Source: Syntrophales bacterium (GTDB lineage: Bacteria > Desulfobacterota > Syntrophia > Syntrophales > PHBD01). Taken from it: a stretch of DNA of 64,000 bases. Made by a program: the position numbers and the translations under genes. Below, piece by piece: positions 38,626 through 47,520 of this stretch. The notes under the pieces were generated by a model, which saw only the letters and a list, made by a program, of their open reading frames with translations, was not told the DNA's origin and made no database searches. The stretch is taken from the NCBI GenBank assembly GCA_963668175.1, contig OY764159.1:1184001-1248000 (forward strand). Reading direction: 5' to 3'. The stretch's first letter is position 1. Each line of letters begins with the position of its first letter.

Positions 38626-39372
38626 ATGACGAAAGCGGAACTGGCGAATATTTTTTTGCGCTCCCTTGCGATCCAGGGTTCCCTCAATTTCTGGCGTATG
38701 CAGAACGTGGGTTATGCCTTTGCCATGATGCCGCTGGTGAGGAAAATGGCTTTGGACGAAAAGGATGTCGCGGAGATGATGCGGCGGCATCTCCAGATGT
38801 TTAATACGCACCCTTATTTCTCCGGCCCGATCATCGGGTCCGCCGTAAGGATCGAAGAATCGCGTCCGGCGAATCCCGGTGCCGGAAAAGAGGCCGATGC
38901 CTTGAAGTACGCCCTGATGGCCCCTTATGCGGGTATCGGCGATTCTTTCTTCTGGGGGTCCTTAAAGCCGCTTTCGTCCGTTGTCGCCGTGGCGCTGGCT
39001 TTGGGCGGATGCCTGGCGGCCCCGCTCGTTTTTCTCCTTTTCTATAATCCGCTTCATGTCTGGATCAGGGGAAAAGGATTCCTGGAAGGCTATCGGAAGG
39101 GGCGGGACGGCATCGAAATGATTAGAAAAATGGATCTGCCGCGTATCGGGGGGTGGCTCCGCTGGATATCGGTCGGGTTTCTGGCCCTTCTTACGATCCT
39201 GGCGACCGTCGACTTTCACGGCCTTCAGGGTGTGTACGATCCGTTTCCGAAGATCGCGGCCCTGGCGGTCGTTATCATGATTTATCTGGCGATTAAAAAA
39301 AGGATTTCTGCCAATTTGATATTATATGCTATATTTATCGTATTATTAACGGTATCCTATCTGGCCGGATGA
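38626..39372 (+). CDS. PTS mannose/fructose/sorbose family IID component
   Basis: QGSLNFWRMQNVG, RHLQMFNTHP, MAPYAGIGDSFFWG. Confidence 0.9.
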   Translation: MTKAELANIFLRSLAIQGSLNFWRMQNVGYAFAMMPLVRKMALDEKDVAEMMRRHLQMFNTHPYFSGPIIGSAVRIEESRPANPGAGKEADALKYALMAPYAGIGDSFFWGSLKPLSSVVAVALALGGCLAAPLVFLLFYNPLHVWIRGKGFLEGYRKGRDGIEMIRKMDLPRIGGWLRWISVGFLALLTILATVDFHGLQGVYDPFPKIAALAVVIMIYLAIKKRISANLILYAIFIVLLTVSYLAG

Positions 39373-39459
39373 CGGTTCCTGCTTCCGAAAATCGGGATGC
39401 GGCATCGTCCGCCGGAAAAAGGAACCGGCAAGTGCTATTTCGTTGTGAATGTATCGTCG

Positions 39460-39729
39460 ATGACTGTTATAAAAAGCTTTGAGATAAAAAACAAACTGGG
39501 TATCCATGCCCGGGTGGCGGCCAAGATGGTCGGCGTCGCCAGTCGTTACCGGGCGAAGATTTATCTGGAAAAGGACGGTCAGGAGGTAAACGCGAAGAGC
39601 CTCCTGGGGATTCTCACGTTGGCCTGTCCCCAGTACAGTTATCTGACAATCCGGGCGGAAGGCGACGATGCCGGTGAGGCCGTCGAGGACTTCGCCCGTC
39701 TCATTGAAGATAAATTCGGCGAGGACTAG
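39460..39729 (+). CDS. ptsH: Phosphocarrier HPr
   Basis: NKLGIHAR (His15) and NAKSLLG (Ser46). Confidence 0.93.
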   Translation: MTVIKSFEIKNKLGIHARVAAKMVGVASRYRAKIYLEKDGQEVNAKSLLGILTLACPQYSYLTIRAEGDDAGEAVEDFARLIEDKFGED

Positions 39730-39842
39730 GGCCGCATCCTTTGCATGTGAAGCATTTTCACCGCAGGATGGAACTCGAAGCGTCTTTTCCTACCGCCAGA
39801 AATAAGTGCAGGGAATATTCCTGACCGCGAGGTTATCGATTC

Positions 39843-41642
39843 ATGTCTGATGATGATGTCAAGAATACTGTTGTTCTGAGAGGAATCGGCGTTTCGCCGG
39901 GGATCGCCATCGGCAAGGCATCCCTGTTCGACAGCCTCGATTCCCCCAGTGCCTTTTACAAGCTGAAGGACAAGAATTTCGTCAGCAAGGAAGTGAAGCG
40001 TTTTCGGACGGCCCTGGCCGAATCTATCCGGCAGCTCCGGGAAGTCAAGGGCAAGATGACGTCCATGGAGGAGATGGACCCCCTCTATATCATCGACGTC
40101 CACATCATGATTTTGAAAGACCGGTCCTTCGTGAAGCGGACCGTGCAGAACATCCGTGAGAATGGCGTCAATGCCGAGTGGGCCGTCAAGATGACCGTCG
40201 ACCGTTACCGGGACATCTTCGAAAAGATGGAGGACGAGTATCTTCGCGGGCGCATCAGCGACGTCCAGTACGCGGGCCAGAGGATTCTCAGGAACCTGAC
40301 CGGCGCCGAACGCAAGCCCCTGATGGAGACGGGGGAAGACATCATCGTCGTTGCCGCCGACCTTTCCCCGGCCGATACGGCGCAGATGAAAATAGACCGC
40401 GTGCAGGGATTCGTGACGGATATGGGGGGCAAAACGTCCCATACGGCCATCGTTGCCTGTTCGCTTGAGATACCGGCCGTCGTCGGCCTGGAGAAGGTAA
40501 CCCGTCTGGTCCGGACAAACGACGACCTCATCATCGACGGCATTGCGGGACTTGTCATCATCAATCCCGATCCGGAAATCCTGAGGCGATACGAGGTCAA
40601 AAGGAGGGACTACCACGAGGCCCGGAAGGAACTTCTGGAGCACGCCAAGCTGCCGGCCGTGACCAAGGACAACCGGAGGGTGGAGATCGGCTGCAACATC
40701 GAATTCGTCGAAGAGCTGCCTTCGGCGCTCGCTCACGGGGCGGAGGGCATCGGGCTTTACCGGACGGAATTTATCTACGTCAACCGCGAGCAGCTTCCCT
40801 CGGAAGATGAACATTTCGCGAGCTACCGCAACGTCATCGGCGTTCCGGGGATGCATTGGTCGACGATCCGCACCTTCGATCTCGGGGGGGACAAATTCTT
40901 TTCCAATCCCAAGCTCGCCAAAGAGATGAATCCGCAAATGGGGCTGCGGGCGATCCGCTTCTGTCTCAAGGAGATTCCCCTGTTCAAAATGCAGCTGCGG
41001 GCGATTATCCGGGCCAGCCATTACGCAAAGACCAGGGTGCTGTTTCCCATGATATCGGGCATCGAGGAGATCCGGGAGACCAAGCGGATTTTCAACGAAG
41101 TGAAAGAGGAATTGAAATCGCAGAAAGTACCGGTCGGGGAAGATATCGAGATCGGTGTCATGATCGAGGTGCCGTCGGCCGTAATCATAGCCGATAAGCT
41201 GGCCAAAGAAGTCGATTTTTTCAGTATCGGCACCAACGACCTGATTCAGTACTCGCTGGCCATCGACCGCATCAACGAGCAGGTCACCTATCTCTATGAA
41301 CCCCTGCATCCGGCCGTCTTGAGGCTGATCAAACAGGTCGTCGACGTCGGCCACAAGGCCGGCATCCGCGTCGCCATGTGCGGGGAAATGGCGGGCGAAC
41401 CCTTATACACATTGATCCTCCTGGCCCTGGATCTCGACGAACTGAGCATGAACGCCCTCGCTATCCCGAGGGTGAAGAAGATCATCCGGGCGTCGAGCGT
41501 TGAAGAAGCGAAGGTGCTCCTCCGAAAGGCGATGTCCTTTTCTTCGGCGACGGAAATCCGGATGTATGTCGAAGAATACATGGAACGGCGGTTCCCGGAG
41601 GAATTCCTGAGCGACCCACGCCATGAAATCCCCTCCTACTAG
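39843..41642 (+). CDS. ptsI: PEP-protein phosphotransferase (Enzyme I)
   Basis: GGKTSHTAI, GIGLYRTEF, RTFDLGGDK, SIGTNDLIQY, CGEMA. Confidence 0.96.
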   Translation: MSDDDVKNTVVLRGIGVSPGIAIGKASLFDSLDSPSAFYKLKDKNFVSKEVKRFRTALAESIRQLREVKGKMTSMEEMDPLYIIDVHIMILKDRSFVKRTVQNIRENGVNAEWAVKMTVDRYRDIFEKMEDEYLRGRISDVQYAGQRILRNLTGAERKPLMETGEDIIVVAADLSPADTAQMKIDRVQGFVTDMGGKTSHTAIVACSLEIPAVVGLEKVTRLVRTNDDLIIDGIAGLVIINPDPEILRRYEVKRRDYHEARKELLEHAKLPAVTKDNRRVEIGCNIEFVEELPSALAHGAEGIGLYRTEFIYVNREQLPSEDEHFASYRNVIGVPGMHWSTIRTFDLGGDKFFSNPKLAKEMNPQMGLRAIRFCLKEIPLFKMQLRAIIRASHYAKTRVLFPMISGIEEIRETKRIFNEVKEELKSQKVPVGEDIEIGVMIEVPSAVIIADKLAKEVDFFSIGTNDLIQYSLAIDRINEQVTYLYEPLHPAVLRLIKQVVDVGHKAGIRVAMCGEMAGEPLYTLILLALDLDELSMNALAIPRVKKIIRASSVEEAKVLLRKAMSFSSATEIRMYVEEYMERRFPEEFLSDPRHEIPSY

Positions 41643-41667
41643 GGAAGCGGTCCGGGATTTTGGCCCC

Positions 41668-41694
41668 GTTGCGGAAGGAAGCAACGTCTTTTTT
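41668..41694 (+). terminator. Terminator after ptsI
   Basis: CGTTGC-GGAAGGAA-GCAACG then TCTTTTTT. Confidence 0.6.
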
Positions 41695-41745
41695 ACCTCA
41701 CCGCTATTTGTTCACGCTACTATTTGGATAGGATAGATCGACCAT

Positions 41746-44370
41746 ATGCCGACCTCTCGGGAAGAAGATACAAATCAACAGCAGCGGGAATACTACGCGG
41801 GCTCTCTTTATGAAGAGGACAATTACCCCATTTCCCGGCTGATCAAATCGATGTTGTCCAAAGTCAATATCGACGAGGAGACCATCAAGACCATCCAGTC
41901 CCAGGCCGCCAAGGGGACGGTTGTGTATGCCTTGAAACACGGAAGCCATCTCGACAGCCTTATCATCCGCGAGCTGGCTTCTCGCGTGGACATCCCCCGC
42001 CCCGTTTATGTCCACGGGGTGAATATGGTCCTTTCCCAGCCCTTTGCGGTGGCCGTCAGGGTCGTCCTCTCCAGGCTCGTCTATTTCTTCTTCCGCAAAG
42101 GCAATCCCGATCCCGTCCAAACGGAATACCTGAAGCGGACCGTGGCATCCGGACACAGCGCCATCATCCATCTGGGGAGTTCCGAGTTTTACAAGAGCCC
42201 GTCGACGGAAGACGCGGTGAACCAGCTGATGGATGCGGCGAGAATATCGGACACACCCGTGGTGATTGTGCCCATCCTCATTACCTTCGGCCGACGGAGG
42301 GAAAAGGAAAACGAAAATATCGTGGAGATCGTCTTCGGCCAGTCCGAGAATGCCGGCATCCTGCACCGGCTGATCGTTTTTCTCCGCTATGCGAACAAGG
42401 CCTTTGCCATGGCCGCCGAACCGATCGATTTGACCGAGTACAGCCGCGACACGAGCATGCCGAAGGAGCAGCTCTACCAACGCCTGAGAGGCGAATTGAT
42501 TTCCCGGATCGACGAGGAGAAGGCGTCCATCGTCGGACCCGTACTGAAATCGAGACAAGAGATGATCAGTCTGGTGCTCAAGGACACGGGGCTCGTCCGG
42601 CTCATGGAAAATATGTCCGAGGAAGAGAAGAAGGACTATCGCGTCGTCCATCGCCGCGCCGAGAAATACCTCGACGAGATCGCGGCGAAGTACGACGAGA
42701 TAGTCATCGAAATGTTCGATCATGCCCTTACGTGGCTCTGGAACAACATTTACGACGGTCTGGTCGTGGACCGCGAAGGCATGCTGAAAATCCGGAATAT
42801 CGCCAGAAAAATGCCTTTTGTGGTCATTCCCTGCCATAGAAGCCATATCGATTACCTGCTCCTGTCCTATGTCTTTTACAAAAACAATATCCAGATGCCT
42901 TTCGTGGCCGCGGGGACCAACATGCAGTTCTGGCCCATGGGGCCCATCTTCCGGCGCTCCGGCGCTTTTTTTCTCCGCCGCAGCTTCAAGGGCAACATGC
43001 TCTACGGCGAGGTCTTTTCCCGGTATCTCAAGATCTTGATCAACGAGGGGCTCCCTATCGAGTTCTTCATAGAAGGCGGCCGCAGCCGCACGGGGAAGAT
43101 GGCCCTTCCCAAGTACGGGCTTCTCTCCATGATCATCCAGGCCTTTACGGAAGGGACCTCCGATGACCTGGCGGCGATACCAGTCTACGTCGGGTATGAC
43201 AGAGTCATCGAGGAGTCCTCGTATCTCAAGGAGCTCGGAGGGGCGGACAAATCGGCCGAGAAAGCGACGGATATGATCAAGAGCAGCAAGGTCTTGAGGA
43301 AACGATACGGTCATGTCTATGTCAATATCGGCGAGCCGATCTTTCTCAAATCCTATCTCGCTTCGCTGGAAAAATCCTATGACGCGATGACCATGGAAGA
43401 GCGCCAGAGCCTTTACCGGAAAATCGGCTACGAGATTGTGCTCGCCATCAACCGGGTTTCGGTCGTGACGCCCTTCGCCTTCATCGCCGCGGGATTGCTT
43501 TGCCACGACCGGCGGGGAATATCCTACGACGACCTGATGGAAGTTCTCGGCATCTTCCGTGATTATCTCAATCTGAAGCAGGTCAAACTGGCGGCGACCT
43601 TCGCCGACGAGCAGAGGGCTGTGGACAACGCCCTGTCCCTGTTCGACCAGGCCGGCCTGATTTCGCGGATCGGCGAGGACGAAGAGGAAGCGGACGATGT
43701 CGAGGAGATCGTCTACTCCCTCGAAGACGAAAAACGACTGAACATCGAATACTACAAGAACAACATCCTCCACTACTTTCTGCCGGCTTCGTTTCTGGCT
43801 ATCGCGATCCTTTCGAAGCGGGAGGACATGATCCTTTTGAAGGACATCATGGAGGATTATGTCTTCCTGAAGCGGCTTTTCCGCTACGAGTTCATTTACG
43901 ACGACAGCAGGGATGACGCCGACGAAATACGGGAGCTGATGTCCTATTTCCGGGAGCGGGGGATGATTTTCCTGGAGGACCGGGAAGGGGATGCCTGGAT
44001 CGTTGTGCGGGGCATCGGACGGAGCAATCTGGTCCCCTTTGAAGGGCTTGTCCACAATTATATCGAATCCTATTGGGTGGCCGTCCGGGGCTGCTCCTAC
44101 CTGCGGAAAGGGACCCTGTCCGAGAAGGATTTCATGCGGAAGCTTCGCGGCCTGGGAGAAAAACTGTTCCAGAAAGGCGAGATCCGGCGGGCGGAAGCGC
44201 TGTCCCAGTCGAATTATGCCAATGCCCTGCGTTTCCTGCAACTGGCCGATATTCTCGTCGTCGAAGAAGTGATGGAAAAAGGCGCCAAGCGGGCGATCAA
44301 GTTCTATTCCCTGACCGACGACCGTTCCAAGCTGGAGGGACTCCGCCGCCGGCTCTTCAATTTCATGTAA
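41746..44370 (+). CDS. plsB: Glycerol-3-phosphate acyltransferase, PlsB-like
   Basis: HRSHIDYL (HxxxxD), GAFFLRR, FFIEGGRSRTG; GPAT C-terminal region. Confidence 0.85.
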   Translation: MPTSREEDTNQQQREYYAGSLYEEDNYPISRLIKSMLSKVNIDEETIKTIQSQAAKGTVVYALKHGSHLDSLIIRELASRVDIPRPVYVHGVNMVLSQPFAVAVRVVLSRLVYFFFRKGNPDPVQTEYLKRTVASGHSAIIHLGSSEFYKSPSTEDAVNQLMDAARISDTPVVIVPILITFGRRREKENENIVEIVFGQSENAGILHRLIVFLRYANKAFAMAAEPIDLTEYSRDTSMPKEQLYQRLRGELISRIDEEKASIVGPVLKSRQEMISLVLKDTGLVRLMENMSEEEKKDYRVVHRRAEKYLDEIAAKYDEIVIEMFDHALTWLWNNIYDGLVVDREGMLKIRNIARKMPFVVIPCHRSHIDYLLLSYVFYKNNIQMPFVAAGTNMQFWPMGPIFRRSGAFFLRRSFKGNMLYGEVFSRYLKILINEGLPIEFFIEGGRSRTGKMALPKYGLLSMIIQAFTEGTSDDLAAIPVYVGYDRVIEESSYLKELGGADKSAEKATDMIKSSKVLRKRYGHVYVNIGEPIFLKSYLASLEKSYDAMTMEERQSLYRKIGYEIVLAINRVSVVTPFAFIAAGLLCHDRRGISYDDLMEVLGIFRDYLNLKQVKLAATFADEQRAVDNALSLFDQAGLISRIGEDEEEADDVEEIVYSLEDEKRLNIEYYKNNILHYFLPASFLAIAILSKREDMILLKDIMEDYVFLKRLFRYEFIYDDSRDDADEIRELMSYFRERGMIFLEDREGDAWIVVRGIGRSNLVPFEGLVHNYIESYWVAVRGCSYLRKGTLSEKDFMRKLRGLGEKLFQKGEIRRAEALSQSNYANALRFLQLADILVVEEVMEKGAKRAIKFYSLTDDRSKLEGLRRRLFNFM

Positions 44371-44520
44371 GCCGGAGGCGAAGAAGCGAAAGGACTCCGG
44401 GCGACGGCAGGCTTGTCGATGATACGCGTTTCCGTGACGCCCGATCATCAGTAGGGCCGGGTCTTTCATGTATCGACCCGCCGGGGGCGAACCGGGCAGT
44501 GAAGGCAAGGAGAGCAGACG

Positions 44521-45051
44521 ATGTCCGATTTCAGGGAAGTGGAAGCCGGCCGTAAGCCGTTTAAACAGGCCTATGTGGCCGTCATGCTCTGGTTCGTGGG
44601 CCGCGCCATCCAGGCGGCGGCGAGAACGGACGAGGCGGTCCGTGAGGAATTCGCCGCGTTTCCTTCCGGCTTTAACTTTGCCCTTGGGGTGATGCCCGCC
44701 GGCCCCTATATGGTCGTGGGCAAGGATGAAGACGGCCGCGTCCGTTACAGGGGATGGAAGACGGCGGGCCGGAAGATCGATCTTGCCCTCCGGATCAAGA
44801 GTCTCGAGGCCGCCATGCTGATCTTCACGTTTCAGGAGGGCAACGCCGCGGCGGCGGCCAGAAACCGCCTGGTCGTCGACGGTGATGTGCCGTCCGCCTG
44901 TGCGGCCATCCGTATCCTTGAGATTGTGGAAGTCTACCTTCTTTTCAAACCCATTGCGAAACTGGCTGTCAAGAGGTATCCGCGCTGGTCCCTCGGTCGT
45001 TTGCTGGGCGGACGCCTCCTGGTCTATGTCCGGACCATTGCCGGCATATGA
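44521..45051 (+). CDS. Hypothetical protein, possible SCP2/sterol-carrier-like fold
   Basis: AAGGAG RBS; C-terminal AAARNRLVVDGD resembles the SCP2 'A...G.L.v.GD' pattern. Confidence 0.6.
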   Translation: MSDFREVEAGRKPFKQAYVAVMLWFVGRAIQAAARTDEAVREEFAAFPSGFNFALGVMPAGPYMVVGKDEDGRVRYRGWKTAGRKIDLALRIKSLEAAMLIFTFQEGNAAAAARNRLVVDGDVPSACAAIRILEIVEVYLLFKPIAKLAVKRYPRWSLGRLLGGRLLVYVRTIAGI

Positions 45052-45065
45052 AAAAGGAGTGAGCC

Positions 45066-46214
45066 TTGGAGTCCTTTTATCGATACGAATTTTCCTCGCC
45101 CGTAAAAATCAACGCCGGTCACCGGGCGCTGGACCACCTTCCTTTCGAGCTTCGAGCTTTTAATGCCGTAAAACCCCTGGTGGTTACGAACAAACGCCTG
45201 GCAGACCGGGGCGTTGTCGCGACGATCGTCGATGCCTTCAAGGATTCGGGGATGGCCCTCGGCATCTTCGACAACGTGCCGCAGGAACCGGATGCGAAGC
45301 TGATCCGGGATTTGACGACGCTGTACCGCGACAAGGGGTTCGACGCCGTGGTCGCCCTGGGGGGCGGGACCGTAGCGGATACTGCCAAGGTGCTGAATCT
45401 GGTCGTTTCGGCAGGACCGGAATATCTCGCGGAAGCTGCCGGCGAGGACCGGGTCCCGGGTCCCCTCAAACCCTTTTTTCTGCTGCCGTCAGGTGCTTGG
45501 GACGGACGCGAAAGCTCCCGTTATGCGGAGCTTGGCGGCCGGGAATACGCCTCTCCGCACCTGATGCCCGATCTGGCCGTCCTGGACCCTCGTCTGATGG
45601 TCGCGGAACCGTTTGCCGTAACCGCCGCATCCGTTCTGGCGACGCTGGCGCAGGCCGCCGATGCCGGACTCGGTTCGGAAAGGAACCCCCTGACGGGCGC
45701 CTATGCCGCGGGGGCATTGAACATCGTTCGGAGGCACCTCGATTCGATCCTGGCGAATTCCGGAAACCGGTCGGCCCTCCTGGCCCTGGCGAACGCCGCA
45801 TGCTTCGCCGGCTTTGCCTTCTCGAACCTGGGGCCGGGCATGGCCTACAGGCTCGGACGGGCCGTCGCCCTTATCGGCCGCCTCTCTCCCGGGTTCTCGA
45901 TGGGCGCCGTCCTGCCCCACGTCCTGGCCTGTTATCGGAGCCGATACGGGACGGGAACGGCCTTGCCGCTTTCCGGCGATTCGGGCGTTTCCGGGGAATC
46001 GCAGGGATGTTCCGGGGCAGAGGCCGAGGATGCGGTGAAGGAAGCCCTGAAAAAGATTCTGAAGGCCGTTGCAGGCTACAACTCTCTCAGGGAAGCCGGT
46101 TTCCCGGAAAGTGCCTTAAACGAAGCGGCCGTGAAGGCGGCCGGCGCAAAAGAATCCCGGGACGATTGCCTGGATGTCCTGAAGAAGGCCTTCGACGGAG
46201 CAGCGGGGCCTTAA
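45066..46214 (+). CDS. Iron-containing alcohol dehydrogenase homolog lacking metal ligands
   Basis: ALGGGTVADTAK, MPDLAVLDPRL; Asp/His ligands substituted; TTG start after AAGGAG. Confidence 0.85.
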   Translation: MESFYRYEFSSPVKINAGHRALDHLPFELRAFNAVKPLVVTNKRLADRGVVATIVDAFKDSGMALGIFDNVPQEPDAKLIRDLTTLYRDKGFDAVVALGGGTVADTAKVLNLVVSAGPEYLAEAAGEDRVPGPLKPFFLLPSGAWDGRESSRYAELGGREYASPHLMPDLAVLDPRLMVAEPFAVTAASVLATLAQAADAGLGSERNPLTGAYAAGALNIVRRHLDSILANSGNRSALLALANAACFAGFAFSNLGPGMAYRLGRAVALIGRLSPGFSMGAVLPHVLACYRSRYGTGTALPLSGDSGVSGESQGCSGAEAEDAVKEALKKILKAVAGYNSLREAGFPESALNEAAVKAAGAKESRDDCLDVLKKAFDGAAGP

Positions 46215-46235
46215 ACCCGGGAAAAGGTGAATGCC

Positions 46236-47483
46236 ATGGATATTCCTCCTTATTACGAGTTTTGCTGCCGTGTGAAGATCATATCCGGGCAGCAGGCCCT
46301 TGAACGCATTCCCGGCGTCCTGGCTTCATTCCGGGCGCGCAGGGCGATGATCATTGCCGACAAAGGCGTCAGCGGCGCCGGTCTCGTCGATATCGTCAGG
46401 GACGCCGTAAAGGGCGGCATCGAAATCGGGGCCGTCCGGGACGACGTCCCGCAGGATTCGGACCTGCATGTAGTGAGCAGGCTTGCGGCCGTCTATAACG
46501 ATGAGCGATGCGACGCGATCATTGCCGTGGGAGGCGGGTCCGTCATGGATACGGCCAAGGGTGTCAACATCCTCGTTTCCGAACAATCCACGGACCTGAT
46601 GGCGTTTTACGGCGCAGGCGTCCTGAAGAAGCCGTTGAAGCCCCTTGTCGCCATACCGACCACCGCGGGCACAGGCTCGGAAGTGACCCAGGTCGCCGTC
46701 ATCAAGAATCCCGAGCAGCACCGGAAGGTCCTCTTCGTCAGTTATTTCCTGATGCCCGACGCCGCCGTTCTCGATCCCCGCATGACGCTGACCCTGCCGC
46801 CGGCCATCACGGCCGCGACGGGCATGGACGCCCTGACCCATGCGGTGGAGGCCTATACGTGTCTTTCCAAAAACCCCGCGAGCGATGTGCATGCCCTGGC
46901 GGCCATTGAAATGCTGAGCGGCAATCTCCTCAACGTCGTCCGGAATCCCGGCGACCGGGAGGGCAGGCTGGTTCTGGCCAACGGTGCGACCCTGGCGGGG
47001 ATTGCTTTTTCCAACTCCATGGTCGGCATGGTCCACACGCTGGGACACTCGGTCGGGGCCGTATGCGGCGTTCCACACGGGGTCTGCATGGCCATCTTCC
47101 TTCCTTACGGCCTGGAGTACAATATGCACAGGAACGGCGGCTATACGGCGGAGTTGCTATCACCCCTCGCCGGCCGGGAGATTTGTGATGCAACGCCGCC
47201 CGCGGAGCGCGCCCGCCGGGTTGTGGCGTTGATAAGGCAGCTGAACCAGGATCTGCACGAGGCCACGGGTGGGAGGCACGCCCGCTTCATGAAGGAAATC
47301 GTCGACCGCGAAGGCCGGCCCGTTGTGCCGAGGGAAAGCCTTCCCGACATCGCCCGCACGGCCCTGGGCGACGGATCGATTTTTTACAACCCGGAAGACC
47401 TGGACTACGACGACCTCCTGATGGTCACGGAAGCCGCCTGGGAGGGGAAGCCCCTCGATACGAGCAGGATCAGAAAGGGCTAA
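46236..47483 (+). CDS. Iron-containing alcohol dehydrogenase
   Basis: GGGSVMDTAK, PTTAGTGSE, GMDALTHAVE, HTLGH...VPHG. Confidence 0.93.
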   Translation: MDIPPYYEFCCRVKIISGQQALERIPGVLASFRARRAMIIADKGVSGAGLVDIVRDAVKGGIEIGAVRDDVPQDSDLHVVSRLAAVYNDERCDAIIAVGGGSVMDTAKGVNILVSEQSTDLMAFYGAGVLKKPLKPLVAIPTTAGTGSEVTQVAVIKNPEQHRKVLFVSYFLMPDAAVLDPRMTLTLPPAITAATGMDALTHAVEAYTCLSKNPASDVHALAAIEMLSGNLLNVVRNPGDREGRLVLANGATLAGIAFSNSMVGMVHTLGHSVGAVCGVPHGVCMAIFLPYGLEYNMHRNGGYTAELLSPLAGREICDATPPAERARRVVALIRQLNQDLHEATGGRHARFMKEIVDREGRPVVPRESLPDIARTALGDGSIFYNPEDLDYDDLLMVTEAAWEGKPLDTSRIRKG

Positions 47484-47520
47484 CATCACGACGGACAAAG
47501 CCTGCGGAAGAAAGAAACAC

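Noticed and set aside
41668..41690. CGGAAGGAAGCA resembling the SRP RNA conserved loop
   Set aside because: Lacks the preceding CAGGUCC and long helix; better explained as the ptsI terminator
41704..44508. 934-aa antisense ORF (also 39726-41354, 49638-51398, 107-1273, 21823-23016, 56988-58178)
   Set aside because: Shadow frames opposite well-supported genes, expected from GC-rich codon bias; no recognisable motifs
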